Source: Anaerolineae bacterium
GTDB lineage: Bacteria; Chloroflexota; Anaerolineae; JACIWR01
Reading direction: 5' to 3'
Assembly: GCA_024653325.1 (NCBI GenBank)
Contig: JANLFX010000004.1
Span: 6,628 to 70,627, forward strand
Length of the DNA: 64,000 nucleotides
Positions within the stretch are counted from its first letter, which is position 1; each line of letters opens with the position of its first letter. A program made the translations under genes and the position numbers. Below the pieces are notes generated by a model. The model had not been told where the DNA came from, did no database searches, and saw nothing but the letters and a program-made list of their open reading frames with translations. Positions 50,483 to 59,899 of the stretch are shown here, piece after piece.

Positions 50483-50522
50483 CCCCCTCTCCTCTCTCCG
50501 CAGGCGGAGAGGGGAGAGGGGG
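50483..50522. repeat. Long polypyrimidine/polypurine inverted repeat hairpin (ccccctctcctctctccgc-agg-cggagaggggagaggggg), 17/18 bp stem
   Basis: Direct reading. Lies ~120-150 nt upstream of the receiver gene start. Confidence 0.7.
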
Positions 50523-50541
50523 TTGGGGGAGTGGGGTGAGG

Positions 50542-51219
50542 TCATTCCACCTTCACCAACCCCTTGCGAATGGCGTAGAGCATGGCCTGGGTGCGGTCGT
50601 AGACGTGGAGCTTGGAGAAGATGTTGTTGATGTGGTTCTTCACCGTCTTCTCGCTGATGCAGAGCTCCTGGGCGATTTCCTTGTTGGGGCGGCCTTCGGC
50701 GATGAGGGTGAGCACCTCCATCTCACGAGGGGTGAGTTCGTTAACGAGGGGGGGCTGCTTGCCAGGCAGGGCGGCGAACTGCCGCAGCACCTTCTGGGCG
50801 ATGGTGGGTCCCAGGAGCGATTCGCCGTGGGCGACGGCGCGGATGGCCCGCAGCATGGTCTCTGGGTCGGCGTCCTTGAGGATGTAGCCCCGGCCGCCAG
50901 CCTGCAGGCCGCGGAAGACGAACTCATCGTTCTCATACATGGTGACGAAGATGATGCCGATGTGGGGCATCTCCCGGCGGAGGGTGCGGGTGGCCTCGAT
51001 GCCGTCCATGGCTTGCCCTGAGCCAGCCGAAGGGTCGGGCATCCTGATGTCCTTGAGGATGACGTCGGGCATCAGGTCTCGGGCCTGCTCCAGCGCCTCG
51101 CGACCTGTGGCGGCCTCGCCCACCACCTGCATGTCCTCTTCCGCCTCCAGCATCTTGCGCATGCCCTTGCGGAAGAGGGTGTGATCATCAGCGATGAGGA
51201 TGCGGATCTTGTCCGTCAT
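50542..51219 (-). CDS. Two-component response regulator, NarL/FixJ (LuxR HTH) family
   Basis: MTDKIRILIADDH… receiver plus C-terminal LTPREMEVLTLIAEGRPNKEIAQELCISEKTVKNH LuxR HTH. Confidence 0.85.
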   Translation of the reverse strand: MTDKIRILIADDHTLFRKGMRKMLEAEEDMQVVGEAATGREALEQARDLMPDVILKDIRMPDPSAGSGQAMDGIEATRTLRREMPHIGIIFVTMYENDEFVFRGLQAGGRGYILKDADPETMLRAIRAVAHGESLLGPTIAQKVLRQFAALPGKQPPLVNELTPREMEVLTLIAEGRPNKEIAQELCISEKTVKNHINNIFSKLHVYDRTQAMLYAIRKGLVKVE

Positions 51220-51241
51220 GGCTACCCCCTCGCAAACCAAA

Positions 51242-51276
51242 CCCTTGCGAAGGTTTTAAACCTTCGCAAGGGTTTG
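51242..51276. repeat. REP-like palindrome (cccttgcgaaggttttaaaccttcgcaaggg), left flank of RAYT
   Basis: About 13-15 bp perfect stem. Its twin lies at 51866-51898. Confidence 0.85.
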
Positions 51277-51279
51277 GGC

Positions 51280-51843
51280 TTATGTGTCCAGATAGTACGC
51301 TTCCAATTCCCGCTCCAGCTTCTCACTGAGTGATGCGGTGATAAAGGCTTCGTAGTCACCAGGCGTTGGGAAGTACTGCTGGACGAAATCGCGATCCACC
51401 AGCGTGCCACTGCGCTTCCCTACCCATTCCAGGTAGTTGCTGTAAGGCCAATCTCCTGGGTGTGCTACCAGGCCGGCTTCAACTGGATTCAAGTGGATGT
51501 AGCGACACACCTGGATGACATAAGCCTCGGTATCCACCAGCACGCTCTTGGGCCGGCCTTCAAACAACGTGCCACTGCGTTCTTGCTGCTTATTGAAGGC
51601 CTGCGTGTAACTATTGAAGAGCCGCTGGAGGAATGGCGAGATTGCGCCGTCTTCCTCCGGCCTGAAGAGGAAATGGTAGTGATTCGGCATCAAGCAGTAC
51701 GCAATCACGGTCAGCGGGTACTCGCACAGAAACTTCTTGGCTCGCCGGAGCAGAAAGAGGTAGTTGCCATCGTTGGCGAAGATGCGCTCACGGTTGCATC
51801 CGCGGTTGTATACGTGGTAGTAGTAGCCGGCCAGGTACTTCAT
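51280..51843 (-). mobile_element. REP-associated tyrosine transposase (RAYT) / IS200-IS605-family Y1 transposase-like
   Basis: YHVYNRG N-terminus, HuH motif (CLMPNHYHFLF) and …IHLNPVEAGLV…DWPYSNY… catalytic-Tyr region. Flanked by identical palindromes. Confidence 0.75.
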
Positions 51844-51863
51844 GTTTCCTCATACACTACCCT

Positions 51864-54263
51864 CTACCCTTGCGAAGGTTCTAAACCTTCGCAAGGGTAA
51901 AGCGGGATTAGGGCTCTCACCGTCGTCCCTCGCCCCGGCGCGCTTTCGATCTCGAACTGCCCGCCGAGTTGCTCCACCCGTTCCCTCATGCTCCACAGCC
52001 CCAGATGCGTCCCCGACCGGGGTGCCTCGGGATCGAATCCTCGCCCGTCGTCGGCGATGCGCAAGGTCACATGTCGCTCATCCTGCTGCAGGGTCACCTC
52101 AACTCGCTGCGCCTGGGCATGCCGGACCACGTTGTTCAGCCCCTCCTGAGCGATCCGAAACAGGGCTGTCTCCACCGGTGCTGGGAGGTGTCGGCCTTCG
52201 TCCGCCGTGAACTCGATGACCAACCCGTGCTCTTGCTGGCAGTGAGCCAGGTAGTCTCGCAAGGCCGGCACCAGCCCCAGCTCATCCAGCGCCGCCGGCC
52301 GCAGGTCGTACATCAGGCGGCGAATGTCCCGAATGCTGGCCTGAGCCTGCTCAGCCAGTTCTTCGATCTCCCCGGCGACCGGGTGGTGGTCTTGTTCCAG
52401 GAGCTTGCGGGCGGTGCGTAGGCGTAGGTTCAGGCTGGCCAGGGCAGGCCCCAGCCCGTCATGAAGCTCGCGGGCGATGCGCCCCCGCTCCTCCTCCTGG
52501 GCCGCTGTCACCAGGGCCAACTGCTGACGCAGGATGGCCATCCGCTCTTCGTGTAATCGCGCGTTCTCCAGGGCCAGGGCCGCGCTGTGAGCCAGGGTGG
52601 TCAGCAGTTCCACGTCCTCCTGGGTGTAGAGATCGCCGGAGCGCTTCTCTCCCAGGGTCAGGACGCCTACCAACTGCTCGCCGGTCAGAAGAGGCACGGC
52701 CAGCGTCGCCCCGATCCTGCGCAGATCCTCGGCCTGAGGGGAGCGGTCGTCAGGAAGCAACAGCAAAGGACGTTGCACCCGGGTCAGCCAGGTGACCAGA
52801 CTCCAGACTTCCGAAGTCCCCGAGACTTCGGAAGTCTCGCCGTCGTCCAGCAGCCAAATCCTGGCCCCCTGGGCGCCCAAGGTCTCGCTCACTGTGTCCA
52901 GCACTAGGTGTACTACCTCCTCTTTGTCGCGCAGGGTGCTCAGGTCCCGGCTGAAAGCGGTTAGCGCCTGGCGCACCTCGTACTCTCGCCGGAAGAAGGC
53001 GCGGTCCACGAAGGTCTGGATTCGATTGCGAGCTGGCTGGAAGAGGACGGCGATGAGCAGCGCCGGGGCCAGGGCAGCCAGGAAGGATGGCTGGCCGCTC
53101 AGTCCCTGGAAGAGGTAGCCGGTGAGCAGGGAGAGGAGCAGGAAGACAGTGGTGAGGGTGACCGTCAGCAACGAGTAGACCAACCCCTTACGCACCACCA
53201 CCCGGGTGTCTAAGAGCTGGTAGCGCAGGACGGCGTAGCCAACGGAGAGGGGGTAGAGGGTGGCGATGATGCCACCCCAGTGCATGCTGGCCGGGGGTGG
53301 AAAATGGAGGACGGCAGGACCCCACAGGAAGACAATCCAGCCTCCCAGGCCCAGGCTGATGCCCACCAGGAGCACCACGGCTTGCTGCCGGATCAGCGGC
53401 GAAGCCTTCTTCCGCAGGGCGATCTGGAGCAAGGGAACCGTCTTGTTGACTACCGAGCCCAACGCGAGCACCACGAAATGGCCCCAGGTGCCTGACCAGA
53501 GGTACAGGCGCCACAGGGAGGGGGTGTCCAGGTGGGAGGCCAGGAAAAAGAGCGTGGGGAAATAGACCGTGAAGGCGGCAGCCAGGGCCACGAAGGCCGG
53601 GATCAGAAGCCAGCGGGCCAGGAACTCCTTGCGCGCCCGGTCGGCGGGGAAGCTCCAGAAGAAGATCCAGCCAGCCACGGCGGCGATCGCCGTCCAGGGA
53701 TGGACCAGATACGCCGTCCACTTCTGCTGGCTGAGGTAACAATCCCACACCGCCCCGACGATGCTCGCCCAGAGCAGAAGGTAAAGGAGGAGATAGCGAT
53801 TAAGCCGACCGTTGGGGTTGCGCGCGTAGACGAAGATGCCCACGGCCAGGGAGAAGAGGGCAAAAAGAAGTCCCCCGGGGATAAAGCGCCACAGGATGTC
53901 GGCAGTGAACTCCATGGTGGGCACAGCGATCTGGAGCCTCTGGTCGCCCCGCTCCACAGTGTAGACCACGATGCCGCCGATGCCTGCCTCCCTCACCAGG
54001 CGGCGTATCTCCCGCCAGTGCTGCCCGTTCACCGCCACAATGCGATCCCAGGGGCGCAGGCCGGCCTGCCAGCCGGTAAAGTCCTGAGGGGTGAAGCCGC
54101 TGACGATGCGGTCTGGGGTGTAGAAGAAGCCGGGGAAGGGATGACCGATCTGGCTGGCGACGGAATAGAGAGAAGCGGCCCAGATCAGGGCAGCCGCCAG
54201 AATCACGCCCGCCACCACCCAGCGGGGGTGTACACTAGGAGAAGTGGCAAAGACACGCCTCAT
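51864..54263 (-). CDS. Sensor histidine kinase (N-terminal PDZ-like region, polytopic membrane domain, GAF, HisKA_3 + HATPase_c; NarX/LiaS class)
   Basis: HisKA_3 H-box (ELHDGLGPALASL). G-boxes (…GRGTTVRALIPL). GAF-like segment. Multiple TM helices. Start at MRRVFATS with GAGGAG RBS. Confidence 0.8.
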   Translation of the reverse strand: MRRVFATSPSVHPRWVVAGVILAAALIWAASLYSVASQIGHPFPGFFYTPDRIVSGFTPQDFTGWQAGLRPWDRIVAVNGQHWREIRRLVREAGIGGIVVYTVERGDQRLQIAVPTMEFTADILWRFIPGGLLFALFSLAVGIFVYARNPNGRLNRYLLLYLLLWASIVGAVWDCYLSQQKWTAYLVHPWTAIAAVAGWIFFWSFPADRARKEFLARWLLIPAFVALAAAFTVYFPTLFFLASHLDTPSLWRLYLWSGTWGHFVVLALGSVVNKTVPLLQIALRKKASPLIRQQAVVLLVGISLGLGGWIVFLWGPAVLHFPPPASMHWGGIIATLYPLSVGYAVLRYQLLDTRVVVRKGLVYSLLTVTLTTVFLLLSLLTGYLFQGLSGQPSFLAALAPALLIAVLFQPARNRIQTFVDRAFFRREYEVRQALTAFSRDLSTLRDKEEVVHLVLDTVSETLGAQGARIWLLDDGETSEVSGTSEVWSLVTWLTRVQRPLLLLPDDRSPQAEDLRRIGATLAVPLLTGEQLVGVLTLGEKRSGDLYTQEDVELLTTLAHSAALALENARLHEERMAILRQQLALVTAAQEEERGRIARELHDGLGPALASLNLRLRTARKLLEQDHHPVAGEIEELAEQAQASIRDIRRLMYDLRPAALDELGLVPALRDYLAHCQQEHGLVIEFTADEGRHLPAPVETALFRIAQEGLNNVVRHAQAQRVEVTLQQDERHVTLRIADDGRGFDPEAPRSGTHLGLWSMRERVEQLGGQFEIESAPGRGTTVRALIPLYPCEGLEPSQG
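51866..51898. repeat. REP-like palindrome (cccttgcgaaggttctaaaccttcgcaaggg), right flank of RAYT; also encodes the last 12 codons and stop of the histidine kinase
   Basis: Minus-strand reading ctt tac cct tgc gaa ggt tta gaa cct tcg caa ggg tag = LYPCEGLEPSQG*. Confidence 0.85.
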
Positions 54264-54633
54264 ATCTAATCTCCTCTCGACCGTTGAGGAATGGGAAACC
54301 TGAGCCACCACTAGGCGCGCTTATCTGAGAAACCTATAATTATTTTACAACAGATACAATCAGAAATCAATCTTGACAGACCTGGAGGCGCATGTTAGTT
54401 TGGAGGTTGATTCTGCCACCCGCAGTCTGGGATAGAGTTGGTGCGTTACTTCATGCTCACCGACATGCGCCAGGAGCCCCGCAGAGAGTGTGCCGGGCTC
54501 CTGGCCTCTTCTCGTACAAGTTAAAGTGGTGGGCCAAGCCGATCGTCACCGTGGCATAGGCTCAGGGTTCAACCCAGTAAGGGCGTCGGTGTGGCCGTGG
54601 GCGGCATTGGCGTCAATGCCCTGCTGTAGGCCG

Positions 54634-55020
54634 TCATTTTTTCTTGGCGGCATAGTATTCGGCCATAGCTGTGTAGCGAGCGGCATCGGCATCAATACCC
54701 CGCTGTACGCTGGTTTCTTCCTTGGCGGCATAGAATGCGCCCATGGCGGTGTACCGGGCGGCGTCGGCGTCAATACCTCGTTGTATGCTCTCGTTCTTGG
54801 CGGCATAGTATTCGGCCATAGCTGTGTAGCGGGCAGCATCGGCGTCAATACTGCGCTGTAGGCTGTCCTCATTTTCGGTAACAATGGCGGCTGGCTGGGT
54901 TTCTGCTGTTGGAATGGTGCTCACAAGAATACCCACGATCAATCCAACGGCCAAGATGGTCATGGCAACCACGACTGGCTTGAGCCATTGCTTGATAACG
55001 AGTGAATTTGCTGACATCAT
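54634..55020 (-). CDS. Small membrane-anchored protein with three tandem 22-aa repeats (QRGIDADAARYTAMAEYYAAK)
   Basis: GGAGG RBS 6 nt upstream of the ATG. N-terminal TM helix. The 66-bp DNA repeats 1 and 3 are near-identical. Confidence 0.6.
   Translation of the reverse strand: MMSANSLVIKQWLKPVVVAMTILAVGLIVGILVSTIPTAETQPAAIVTENEDSLQRSIDADAARYTAMAEYYAAKNESIQRGIDADAARYTAMGAFYAAKEETSVQRGIDADAARYTAMAEYYAAKKK
54640..54870. repeat. Tandem 66-69 bp coding repeats (3 units) with a 4th degenerate out-of-frame unit at ~54560-54633
   Basis: cttggcggcatagtattcggccatagctgtgtagcg(a/g)gc(g/a)gcatcggc(a/g)tcaata recurs at 54646 and 54784. Confidence 0.8.
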
Positions 55021-55236
55021 TTACCTCCCTATTTGTTGGATTAAGAAATTCTGGATCCTTGTCTCCCAATAGACCTGTCATGCATAAGCATCACCTCTCT
55101 TCAAACTCTGGTAGATGTACCTCTGGGGGCTGATTTTGCACTCAGTATAACAGAGAAAGGTGGCGAGAAGGCGGCGGGAACGTGGCGAAAACGAGGCGGT
55201 TGAAAAATCAGTTCTTTTGATGTATAATGCCCATAG

Positions 55237-58200
55237 GTGTTGGATTTGCTACAGGCTCTTTCAGAAGGGGGAACGGTGGCGCATCTGTCACTTTCCTGCC
55301 TGGGACCTTTCCAGGTGACGTTGGATGGGCAACCGGTCATGGGCTTTAAATCGAACAAGGTCCGGGCCCTGCTGGCTTATCTGGCCGTGGAAGCGGACCG
55401 GCCGCATCGCCGTGAGGTGTTGGCCGGATTGCTGTGGCCCGATTGGCCTGACCGAGACGCCCTCAGCAACCTGCGCTACACTCTGGCCAATCTCCGGCAG
55501 GTGATCGGCGATCGCACAGCGGAACCGCCTTTCTTACTCATTACCCGCGACACGATCCAGTTCAACCCGGCCAGCGATTACTGGCTCGATGTCACGGCTT
55601 TCATAGACCTGATTGGTCTCCGAGATATGTCAGGTCTAGAAAGGGCCGTTGCTATGTACCAAGGCAGCTTCCTGGAGGGCTTCTCTGTCAGCGACAGCCC
55701 CGCCTTCGAGGAATGGGCACTGCTTACCCGGGAGCAGATCGGCCGCCAGATGTTGTTCGCACTCCATAGCCTGGCGGCAACCTACGAGCAACGCGGCCAG
55801 TACGAGCAAGCCCAGTCCCGTGCCCGGCGGCAAGTCGAGCTCGAGCCTTGGGACGAGGCAGCCCACCAACAACTGATGCGAGCGCTGGCCCTCAGCGGTC
55901 AGCGCAGCGCCGCCCTGTCCCAGTATGAGATCTGTCGCCGTCTCCTGGCCGAAGAGCTGGGCGTCGAGCCGGCTGCAGAAACGACGCGGCTGTACGAGCA
56001 GATCCGAGATGGCAAGCTGAAAACCACTGCGCCTTCCCTTGTTTCCCCTCCCGATCTCACCGCCAGACTTCCCCCTTTTCTGGCAGAAGAGGCACCTCCG
56101 GTTGAGGTGCCTGTTTTTGTCGCTCGCGAGAGTGAGTTGGCGCAACTGGAGGGGTTTCTGAATCTGGCGCTGGCCGGCCGGGGTCGGGTGACATTCGTCA
56201 CCGGGGAAGCGGGCAGCGGCAAGACGGCCCTGCTCCAGGAATTCACCCGCCGGGCTCAAGAGGCCCATGACGACCTGATCGTTGCCAGTGGGAACTGCAA
56301 TGCCTACACCGGCATCGGCGACCCCTACCTGCCCTTCCGCCAGATCCTGGGGTTGCTGACCGGCGATGTCGAGGCCCGGTGGGCAGCGGGAGCCATGACC
56401 AGAGAACACGCCTGCCGCCTGTGGAATACGCTCCCCCTTACGACGCAGGCGCTGGTAGACGCCGGGCCGGACCTGATTGATACCTTCGTCCCTCGCGCCG
56501 CTTTGCTTGAGCGGGCTATGACCTATGCGCCCAATGGGACAGGCTGGCTGAACCGCCTGGATGAGCTTGTTGAACGCCGGCCGACCACCGTTTCCAGCGC
56601 TCCCGGCCCCCAACAGAGCGATTTGTTCCAGCAGTACACCAGGGTGCTGCTGGCCCTGGCGCAACGGGCACCATTGCTCTTGGTGGTGGATGACTTGCAA
56701 TGGGCGGACCTGGGCTCGATTAGCTTGCTCTTCCACCTGGGGCGACAGTTGACGGGCAGCCGTATCCTGATCGTGGGCGCTTACCGCCCGGAAGAAGTCG
56801 CATTGGGCAGGGACGGAGCCCGGCATCCCTTGGAGCCCGTGCTCAACGAGTTCCAGCGCGACTTTGGCCACATCACAGTGGATTTGGGCCAGGCCAAGAG
56901 CCGGGACTTTATCGAGGCTTTGCTGGACAGCGAGCCAAACCGGCTGGGGGTCGCGTTTCGGGAGATGCTCTACCGACAAACTCGCGGCCATCCCCTGTTC
57001 ACCATTGAATTGCTGCAAGGCCTGCAGGAGCGGGAGGATCTGGTCCAGGACCCAGAGGGCCGCTGGGTGGAGGGGCCGGCGTTGGACTGGGAGACCCTGC
57101 CGGCACGGGTGGAGGCAGTGATCGCGGAGCGCATCGGTCGTCTGGCCGAACCATTACAGGCTGCATTGCGGGTGGCCTGCGTGGAGGGTGAGATATTCAC
57201 CGCCGAGGTGGTAGCCCGGGTACGGGCGACCGACGAGCGAGAGATGCTGGGCCGCTTAAGCAGTGAGTTGGACAGGAAGCATCATCTGATACGGGCCGAG
57301 AGCATCCAGCGCGTGGACGACCAGCTCCTGTCCAGCTACCGTTTCCGGCATATCCTCTTCCAGAGATACCTGTACAGCAGCCTGGACGAGGTAGAACGGG
57401 TGTACCTGCACGAGCAAGTTGGGACTGCTCTGGAGGGGCTGTACGGCGCTCAGGAGCAGGTCGCGGCTATCGCTGTGCAGTTGGCGCTGCACTTTCAGAA
57501 AGCCAGGATAACGGAAAAGGCGATCCATTACCTGCGCCAGGCCGGGGAAAGGGCCGTGGAACTGTCCGCCTATCAGGAGGGGATCGCTCACCTGACCAGA
57601 GGGCTGGCCTTGCTCATGGCCCTGCCGGACTCCCCCGGGCGCGCGCAGCAAGAACTCGCCCTGCAACTGGCCCTCGGCATGGCCTGGATAGGCTTCAAGG
57701 CCTTTTCAGACCCAGAAGTGGAAAAAGCCTACACCAGGGCCCGCGAACTGTGCCTGCAGACGGGGAAGACGCCGCAGATTTGCCGGGTACTGGGTGAGCT
57801 GTCTATCATGTACTATGTGCGGGCCGAGCATCAGAGGGCGCGTGAGCTGGCAGAAGAGGCGCTTAGCCTCGCTCAGCAGACTGAGGACCCGCTGCTCGTG
57901 GCAGTGGGCCACTGGTATTTGGGATTTATCTTGTTCTGTCTCGGAGAATACACGACAGCCCTAGGTCACCTGGAGCAGGTGATTGCTTTCTACAACCCTG
58001 AGCAGCACCATCGCTCCTTCGTAGTATTGCGCGGGTCGGATGTAGGACCGAGCGCCCTGGCCTACGCGGCTTGTTGCTCGTGGTGCCTTGGTTATCCCAA
58101 TCAGGCCCTGAACCGCAGCCAGGAGGCGCTGGCCCTGGCGCGAGAGCTGGGCCACCCCTTTTCACTGGCCGATGTCCTCTTTTATGCGGGTTGCATGTTC

Positions 58201-58803
58201 AACGAGATGCGCCGCGATGCACAGGCATTCAAGAACAATGCGGAGGAGCTGATGCAAATAGCGCATGAGAAGGTTCCAGGCTGGCTGGGACAGGGAACTC
58301 GCTTCTGGGGAAAGGCGCTGGCCATGCTGGGACAGGTCCAAGAAGGGATGGTGCAAATACGCCAGGGCATGGCGATTGACCAGTCTGTAGGCATACGGTT
58401 GTACTTGTCAGAGACACTTGGCTCTCTGGCTGAGGCGCAGGCCAAGACCGGACACCCGGAGGAAGGACTGACCACGCTGAACGAAGCGCTCGCCCTGGTG
58501 GAACAGACGGACGAGCGCCACTGGGAAGCAGAGCTTTATCGTCTGAAGGGAGAGTTGCTGCTCATGCAGGGCGATGAAGCTGAAGCCGAAGCCAGCTTTC
58601 AGAAGGCCATCGAGGTGGCCCGTCGCCAGCAGGCCAGGTCATGGGAGCTGCGGGCGACGGTGAGCCTGTGCCGCCTATGGCAGAAACAGAGCAGGGCTGA
58701 CGAAGCGCGGCAGATGCTCGCCGAGATTTATGGTTGGTTCACCGAAGGGTTTGACACACCAGACTTGAAAGAAGCGCAGGCGCTTCTCGAAAGTTTATCA
58801 TGA
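55237..58803 (+). CDS. STAND-class regulator: SARP/AfsR-like BTAD (winged-helix + bacterial transcriptional activation domain) + AAA/NB-ARC ATPase + TPR repeats
   Basis: N-terminus LSCLGPFQVTLDGQPV…KVRALLAYLAV… (BTAD). Walker A VTGEAGSGKTAL. Long C-terminal TPR-like helical repeats. Confidence 0.8.
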   Translation: MLDLLQALSEGGTVAHLSLSCLGPFQVTLDGQPVMGFKSNKVRALLAYLAVEADRPHRREVLAGLLWPDWPDRDALSNLRYTLANLRQVIGDRTAEPPFLLITRDTIQFNPASDYWLDVTAFIDLIGLRDMSGLERAVAMYQGSFLEGFSVSDSPAFEEWALLTREQIGRQMLFALHSLAATYEQRGQYEQAQSRARRQVELEPWDEAAHQQLMRALALSGQRSAALSQYEICRRLLAEELGVEPAAETTRLYEQIRDGKLKTTAPSLVSPPDLTARLPPFLAEEAPPVEVPVFVARESELAQLEGFLNLALAGRGRVTFVTGEAGSGKTALLQEFTRRAQEAHDDLIVASGNCNAYTGIGDPYLPFRQILGLLTGDVEARWAAGAMTREHACRLWNTLPLTTQALVDAGPDLIDTFVPRAALLERAMTYAPNGTGWLNRLDELVERRPTTVSSAPGPQQSDLFQQYTRVLLALAQRAPLLLVVDDLQWADLGSISLLFHLGRQLTGSRILIVGAYRPEEVALGRDGARHPLEPVLNEFQRDFGHITVDLGQAKSRDFIEALLDSEPNRLGVAFREMLYRQTRGHPLFTIELLQGLQEREDLVQDPEGRWVEGPALDWETLPARVEAVIAERIGRLAEPLQAALRVACVEGEIFTAEVVARVRATDEREMLGRLSSELDRKHHLIRAESIQRVDDQLLSSYRFRHILFQRYLYSSLDEVERVYLHEQVGTALEGLYGAQEQVAAIAVQLALHFQKARITEKAIHYLRQAGERAVELSAYQEGIAHLTRGLALLMALPDSPGRAQQELALQLALGMAWIGFKAFSDPEVEKAYTRARELCLQTGKTPQICRVLGELSIMYYVRAEHQRARELAEEALSLAQQTEDPLLVAVGHWYLGFILFCLGEYTTALGHLEQVIAFYNPEQHHRSFVVLRGSDVGPSALAYAACCSWCLGYPNQALNRSQEALALARELGHPFSLADVLFYAGCMFNEMRRDAQAFKNNAEELMQIAHEKVPGWLGQGTRFWGKALAMLGQVQEGMVQIRQGMAIDQSVGIRLYLSETLGSLAEAQAKTGHPEEGLTTLNEALALVEQTDERHWEAELYRLKGELLLMQGDEAEAEASFQKAIEVARRQQARSWELRATVSLCRLWQKQSRADEARQMLAEIYGWFTEGFDTPDLKEAQALLESLS

Positions 58804-58854
58804 CTGACGCGGGGGAAAGCCGCGACTTAGAAAACACTCCTCAAGAGGCAGAGC

Positions 58855-59658
58855 GTGATCGTAAAAGAGATAAACTGCAAGTCCATCCTGACCAAATCGG
58901 GCATTGAGGGCGTTGACTACGCCCTCAATCCCTATGTGGGTTGTGCACACGGCTGCGTGTACTGTTACGCCAGTTTTATGAAGCGCTTCACCGGTCACCC
59001 GGAGGAATGGGGCACCTTCGTGGACGTCAAAGTCAACGCGGCAGAGGTGCTGGCCCGCCAGATGCGACGGGCGAAGCCGGGCAATATCTCCTCCGGCACG
59101 GTGACCGACCCCTATCAACCGCTGGAGGCACGGTACGAGATCACCCGCGCCTGCCTGCAGGTACTCGCGGACCACGATTTTCCTGTCTCCATCCTCACCA
59201 AATCCGACCTGGTACTGCGCGACCTCGACCTCCTCCGCCGCCTCAAGAATGTGGAAGTGGGTTTTACCATCACCACTCTGGACGAAGAAGTGCAGCGATT
59301 TTTTGAGCCAGGCTCCTCCCCTGCCTCGGCACGCCTGGCGGCCCTGGCAGAACTGGCAAAGGCGGGGATCAAAACCTGGGCCTTCTGCGGCCCGTTCTTG
59401 CCCTTCCTCTCGGACGGTGAAGAACAGATAGATGCCCTCTTTGCAGCACTGGCGAGGGCTGGTATTTCGTACATCATCGTGGACAGCATGAAGCTCAGCG
59501 GCGCAATTGGGGGAAAGGTCAGGAGAGCGTTGGAAAAACACTACCCCGACCTGGTGGAGGGATACCGCCACATCGCCGCCAACCGCCAGCCCTATCACGG
59601 GGCGCTGATGGCCAGGGCGCGAATGCTTGCTGAGAAGCACGGCCTGACAATAGAGTAG
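58855..59658 (+). CDS. Radical SAM protein, SplB-like ('DNA repair photolyase' COG1533 family)
   Basis: …LNPYVGCAHGCVYCYA… (CxxxCxxC). Family-typical N-terminus KEINCKSILTKS. Confidence 0.65.
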   Translation: MIVKEINCKSILTKSGIEGVDYALNPYVGCAHGCVYCYASFMKRFTGHPEEWGTFVDVKVNAAEVLARQMRRAKPGNISSGTVTDPYQPLEARYEITRACLQVLADHDFPVSILTKSDLVLRDLDLLRRLKNVEVGFTITTLDEEVQRFFEPGSSPASARLAALAELAKAGIKTWAFCGPFLPFLSDGEEQIDALFAALARAGISYIIVDSMKLSGAIGGKVRRALEKHYPDLVEGYRHIAANRQPYHGALMARARMLAEKHGLTIE

Positions 59659-59705
59659 CGGGTCAACGAGCAATGAGTAACACGTTACCCGCTACTCTTT
59701 ATTCG
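59653..59705 (+). terminator. Hairpin (gagtagcgggt…acccgctactc) + T-tract after the radical SAM gene; possible terminator with a long loop
   Basis: 11-bp stem, 23-nt loop, followed by tttattcg. Confidence 0.35.
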
Positions 59706-59899
59706 TTGACTTGTTACTTTGGACTACAACGATGGGCGTTCGATGAGCTTTTATTGCACGGCATTTTGCTTGTCATCTGAGCCCTTTGATTGCACTCAAG
59801 GACTGGCCTCTGCGTTCTCGGCGGTAAACAAACACGAGAATTGTATGTTGGGTGGAGATGTGGTAAAATAGAATAATCACTAAACGAGGAGGTTAACTT

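Noticed and set aside
54640-54870. Possible CRISPR array (regular ~66-bp repeats)
   Set aside because: The repeats are contiguous with no unique spacers and lie in-frame inside a protein-coding gene with an RBS. There are no cas genes nearby.
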